DNA of 64,000 nucleotides, taken from positions 544,001 through 608,000 of the forward strand of contig CAWANH010000028.1 in the NCBI GenBank assembly GCA_963783375.1, given 5' to 3'. The position numbers and the translations under genes were made by a program. Below the pieces are notes generated by a model. That model did not search any database. It worked only from the letters and a program-made list of their open reading frames with translations, and was not told the DNA's origin. Origin of the DNA: Candidatus Eiseniibacteriota bacterium. GTDB lineage: Bacteria > Eisenbacteria > RBG-16-71-46 > JABDJR01. This document shows, piece after piece, positions 60,928 to 64,000 of the stretch (positions within the stretch are counted from its first letter, which is position 1; each line of letters begins with the position of its first letter).

Positions 60928-61104
60928 CTATTTCTCCGGGGGCCTCGGTTCAACGAGCCAGCCGGCCAGTTCCTCGACGGACGTGAACCGGAATTCGGCC
61001 CCGCCGGGAAACCGGACCGCCTTGCCCCGGCACTCCCCGGGACGCCGGACGAGGACGAGCAGGATGCGTTCGGGTCTCGAGTGAGGCTTCTCGGGCTTGG
61101 TCAT
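60928..61104 (-). CDS. small hypothetical protein (58 aa)
   Basis: MTKPEK...RILLVLVRR...G....F.SVEELAGWL. AAGGA RBS. Lies between the regulator and the fibre gene. Confidence 0.6.
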   Translation of the reverse strand: MTKPEKPHSRPERILLVLVRRPGECRGKAVRFPGGAEFRFTSVEELAGWLVEPRPPEK

Positions 61105-61203
61105 GGGGGAATCCTTGACCGGACCGCTCACAAATCACTCACAGGATTCGGTTGCAGTCATTTAGTATCCACTCAACCCGATCTCCGGCTTCAGGTTGTG
61201 GAA

Positions 61204-64000
61204 ATGTCGCTCCTACGATCCAAAATCCGGGCGCCCTCGCTGCCTCCCCACGCCATCGAGCGGGCCCGGCTCAGGGACAGGCTTCTGGAACCGGCCTGGA
61301 GGCTCGTCGTGCTCCAGGCCCCGGCGGGTTACGGCAAGACGGTGCTTGCCGCCCAGGTCCAGGCATCGGAGCCGGACCGGACCGCCTGGCTATACCTGGA
61401 GCCCGAAGATGCCGATCCACGGCGCTTCTGCCGGTACCTCGCGGGCGCCCTTCGGGAAGTTCTCCCCGCGCTGGCCGGCACCGAGATCACGAAGCCCGCG
61501 AACGGGGGGGAATTCGATCCGGACGCCTGGGTCGAGGACCTGCTCCTGTTCTTCCACGAGTTCCACAGTTCGCGGGTCCGGCTCGTGCTCGACAACTTCG
61601 AATCGGTGGCCGACGAGCCGGTCGTGAACCGGGTCGTCGATCGCCTGCTCCGGCACGCCGGCGAGGCCATGAGCCTTCTCATCACGACCCGAAGCGACCC
61701 GGGTTTCCCGCTCCAGAAACTGGTCGAGCGGAAGGAGGCCCTCAAGCTCACCGCTCGGAATCTGGCGTTCGACCTCGATGAGTTCAAGAGCGCCGCGCGG
61801 GCCCAGGGGAAGAAGATCCCGCCGACCGACCTGGAGTCGGTGTGGGCGCAGAGCGAGGGTTGGTGCGTGTACCTGGGACTGGGACTGGGGACCGGACCGG
61901 AGGCCCGCCCGCTCTCCCCGGCCTCATCCGGCATCACCGGTTACCTCGAGGAGGAGATCCTCCGCCGCATGCCGGAGAATCAAGCGCGCGTGCTGCGCGA
62001 CACCTGCGTCCTGGACGTGGTTTCCGCCGAGGGGATGGATGCCCTGGGCTTGAACGGGGAGAACTTCCACGAACAGGTCCTGGAACTGGGTCGCCGGGGG
62101 GTACCTCACCTCACCGTGATGGAAGGCGAAGCCGTCCGTCTTCATCCCTTGGTCCGGGGGAAACTGCTTCAGGATCTGCGGCAAAGCCCGCCGACGGAGG
62201 GAAAGCGGAACCTCCTGGACCGGGCGAGCGGGTTCTACCGGTCCCGGGGGCGGAGCGACGCCGCGGTACGGATCCTGCTCGAACTCGAAGCCTACGAACC
62301 GGCCCTGGAGACCCTGTCCGCGAGCTGGGTGGAGCTCGAGGAACAGCAACTCCTTCCCCAGGTGGCCGGCTGGTTGGAGATGTTGCCCCACGGCTATCGC
62401 TCCCATCCGCTCTTCGCGCTGAGCCGGCTTCGGGTGTTCCGCTTCGAGGGCGAGAACCTCCAGATGATCGAATACGCGAACCGTCTGCGCGCCGAGGGAA
62501 CCCTGACCGAAGATTCCCCGGTCTACCCTCAGCTGTGGACCCTCGAGGCCTGGGCCCGGGCCCATCTCGGCAGCGCCAGCTACGGGGAGCTCCGGGCGGA
62601 ATGGGAGCAGCTCCGGGAACGGCTCGACCCCGGAAGCCGGCTCTCGGCCGAATACACCCTCATCGTGGCCGCCCTGTACGACCTGAAGTTCGCCGCGGCG
62701 GATGAGCACACCGGAAGGGCGCTCGCCCTGACCCCTTCCGACTCGGTGACGAATCGCGCGAGGATCCTGAACGCCAGAGGGGTCGTGCTCCACGAGATGG
62801 GGCGTTCCCGCGAAGCCTGCAAGCTGTTCGAGGAGGCCATCTCGAAGTGCCGGCGCCACGGCGAGACGACTTACCAGACCCTGAACCTCCTGGGCAAGGC
62901 ATTCCTCTGCAAGGACGTCGGGCGGTTCCAGGAATCGCTCGAGGTGACCCGGGAGTGTCTGGACGTCGCCCGCGACTCCGGATCCACCCGGTTGGTCCTG
63001 ATCGCTCACGCGGCCCGCACCCGGGGAGAGGTGTTCTGGTACACCGGCCGCTGGACCGATGCCTTTGCCGAGCTGGAGGAATCGTACCGTCTGTTCCAGG
63101 ACTCCAACCGGCACGAGGCGCTGGCGACCGGGGTCCTGATCGATCACTGGCAATCGATCCGGGGGAAACGATCCGATCTCGTTTCCGACGACGACTTCCA
63201 GGGGCGCTTGTCGGTCTCCGAGGCGCGGGTTCGCTATCTCATCCGGAGAAGCCGGGGGGAGACCCGCGCCGGGGATGCCGGGGCCGGCGCCCGCTCCGCC
63301 CGGGAAGGACGGGAGATGGCGCGGGAGATGCCCGCCTGGCAGGCGACGGCGTGGTTCACCGAAGCGTGGGCGCGCGACTCCCTCGGGGATCGAACGGAGT
63401 GCGCCGCCGCCCTGGCCGCGGGACTGGGCATCCTCGAGGAACTGGACCGCTCCGCCTACCCGCTCGCCGACCCGGAGCTCACCGGGTGGCTGTCGGCGGA
63501 GGCCGTGGCCCGGGACATCCGGGTGGAACGCGCGCTGTCCCTGGTCACCGGCGAGAGCCGGATCGACCTTCAGCCGGCCTGGAGCCGGGCCCTCGATCTC
63601 GCGGGGCGGCCGGGACCCGAGAAGGTGAGGCTGGTCGGGGCGGCGGTCCGCCTTCGGATCCGCGGTCTCGACGACCTCGTCGCCGCGTGCACCCAGGTCC
63701 CGGATCCGCCCAAACACGCCTATGCGGCCATGGCGGCGACGGCCCCGCTGCCTTCGCTTCGGGTCCGGCTGTTCGGGCCCTTCGAGGTGCTGGAAAGCGG
63801 GCGCGAGATCCGCTTCCCGAGAACGGCCGCCCGCCGGATCCTCGAGATCCTGCTCCTGGAGCACCCGCGGCCGGTTCACGAAGAGCGCCTCCTGGACCTG
63901 ATCTGGCCGGACGCGGAGCCCTCGAAGGCGAAGCGGAACCTTCAGACCTGCGTCAACGAGCTCCGGAGAAGCCTCGACCCGCACCACCGCCCGCGACGGG
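61204..64000 (+). CDS. MalT-like STAND ATPase + TPR + SARP-type winged-helix regulator (3' partial)
   Basis: Absent from the ORF track because it has no stop in the window. Hand translation gives MSLLRSKIRAP...IERARL...QAPAGYGKT, LVLDNFE, SEGW, YLEEEIL, and at the end LRVRLFGPFEV...LLDLIWPD...NLQTCVNELRRSL. Confidence 0.88.
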   Translation, partial: MSLLRSKIRAPSLPPHAIERARLRDRLLEPAWRLVVLQAPAGYGKTVLAAQVQASEPDRTAWLYLEPEDADPRRFCRYLAGALREVLPALAGTEITKPANGGEFDPDAWVEDLLLFFHEFHSSRVRLVLDNFESVADEPVVNRVVDRLLRHAGEAMSLLITTRSDPGFPLQKLVERKEALKLTARNLAFDLDEFKSAARAQGKKIPPTDLESVWAQSEGWCVYLGLGLGTGPEARPLSPASSGITGYLEEEILRRMPENQARVLRDTCVLDVVSAEGMDALGLNGENFHEQVLELGRRGVPHLTVMEGEAVRLHPLVRGKLLQDLRQSPPTEGKRNLLDRASGFYRSRGRSDAAVRILLELEAYEPALETLSASWVELEEQQLLPQVAGWLEMLPHGYRSHPLFALSRLRVFRFEGENLQMIEYANRLRAEGTLTEDSPVYPQLWTLEAWARAHLGSASYGELRAEWEQLRERLDPGSRLSAEYTLIVAALYDLKFAAADEHTGRALALTPSDSVTNRARILNARGVVLHEMGRSREACKLFEEAISKCRRHGETTYQTLNLLGKAFLCKDVGRFQESLEVTRECLDVARDSGSTRLVLIAHAARTRGEVFWYTGRWTDAFAELEESYRLFQDSNRHEALATGVLIDHWQSIRGKRSDLVSDDDFQGRLSVSEARVRYLIRRSRGETRAGDAGAGARSAREGREMAREMPAWQATAWFTEAWARDSLGDRTECAAALAAGLGILEELDRSAYPLADPELTGWLSAEAVARDIRVERALSLVTGESRIDLQPAWSRALDLAGRPGPEKVRLVGAAVRLRIRGLDDLVAACTQVPDPPKHAYAAMAATAPLPSLRVRLFGPFEVLESGREIRFPRTAARRILEILLLEHPRPVHEERLLDLIWPDAEPSKAKRNLQTCVNELRRSLDPHHRPRR

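Overview
High-GC chromosomal segment of a diderm bacterium. Six secreted proteins ending in FlgD-Ig C-terminal domains, plus a C-terminal 'TWGxxKxLY' tail, suggest an FCB-group candidate phylum such as Eisenbacteria or Krumholzibacteria (inference). Order of contents: a small winged-HTH gene; a 5'-nucleotidase behind a 42-bp tandem repeat; three secreted beta-propeller/FlgD proteins; groES-groEL; a peptidase-rich block including a metallopeptidase-PD40-Omp85 fusion; addB-addA; HAD, M28 and GNAT genes. The most notable region is a ~22.5 kb beta-1,3-glucan (laminarin-type) utilisation locus at 32.9-55.4 kb with no SusC/SusD. It encodes a clan GH-A hydrolase fused to a predicted outer-membrane beta-barrel, a glycan-binding-type lipoprotein, a peptide-type ABC importer split over two convergent operons, GH16 x2, GH17, GH1, GH149 and a ROK repressor. 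Three copies of a 21-bp palindrome (TTTGTTCGG-N3-CCGAACAAA-like) lie upstream of its transcription units. The window ends with a non-phage tail-fibre-like module beside a MalT/STAND-SARP regulator that runs off the edge. Three reading-frame anomalies each sit in a G6-G7 run and are each repaired by one extra G, most likely sequencing homopolymer errors. No rRNA, tRNA, CRISPR array or transposase was recognised. All family assignments come from motif recognition by eye, not database searches.
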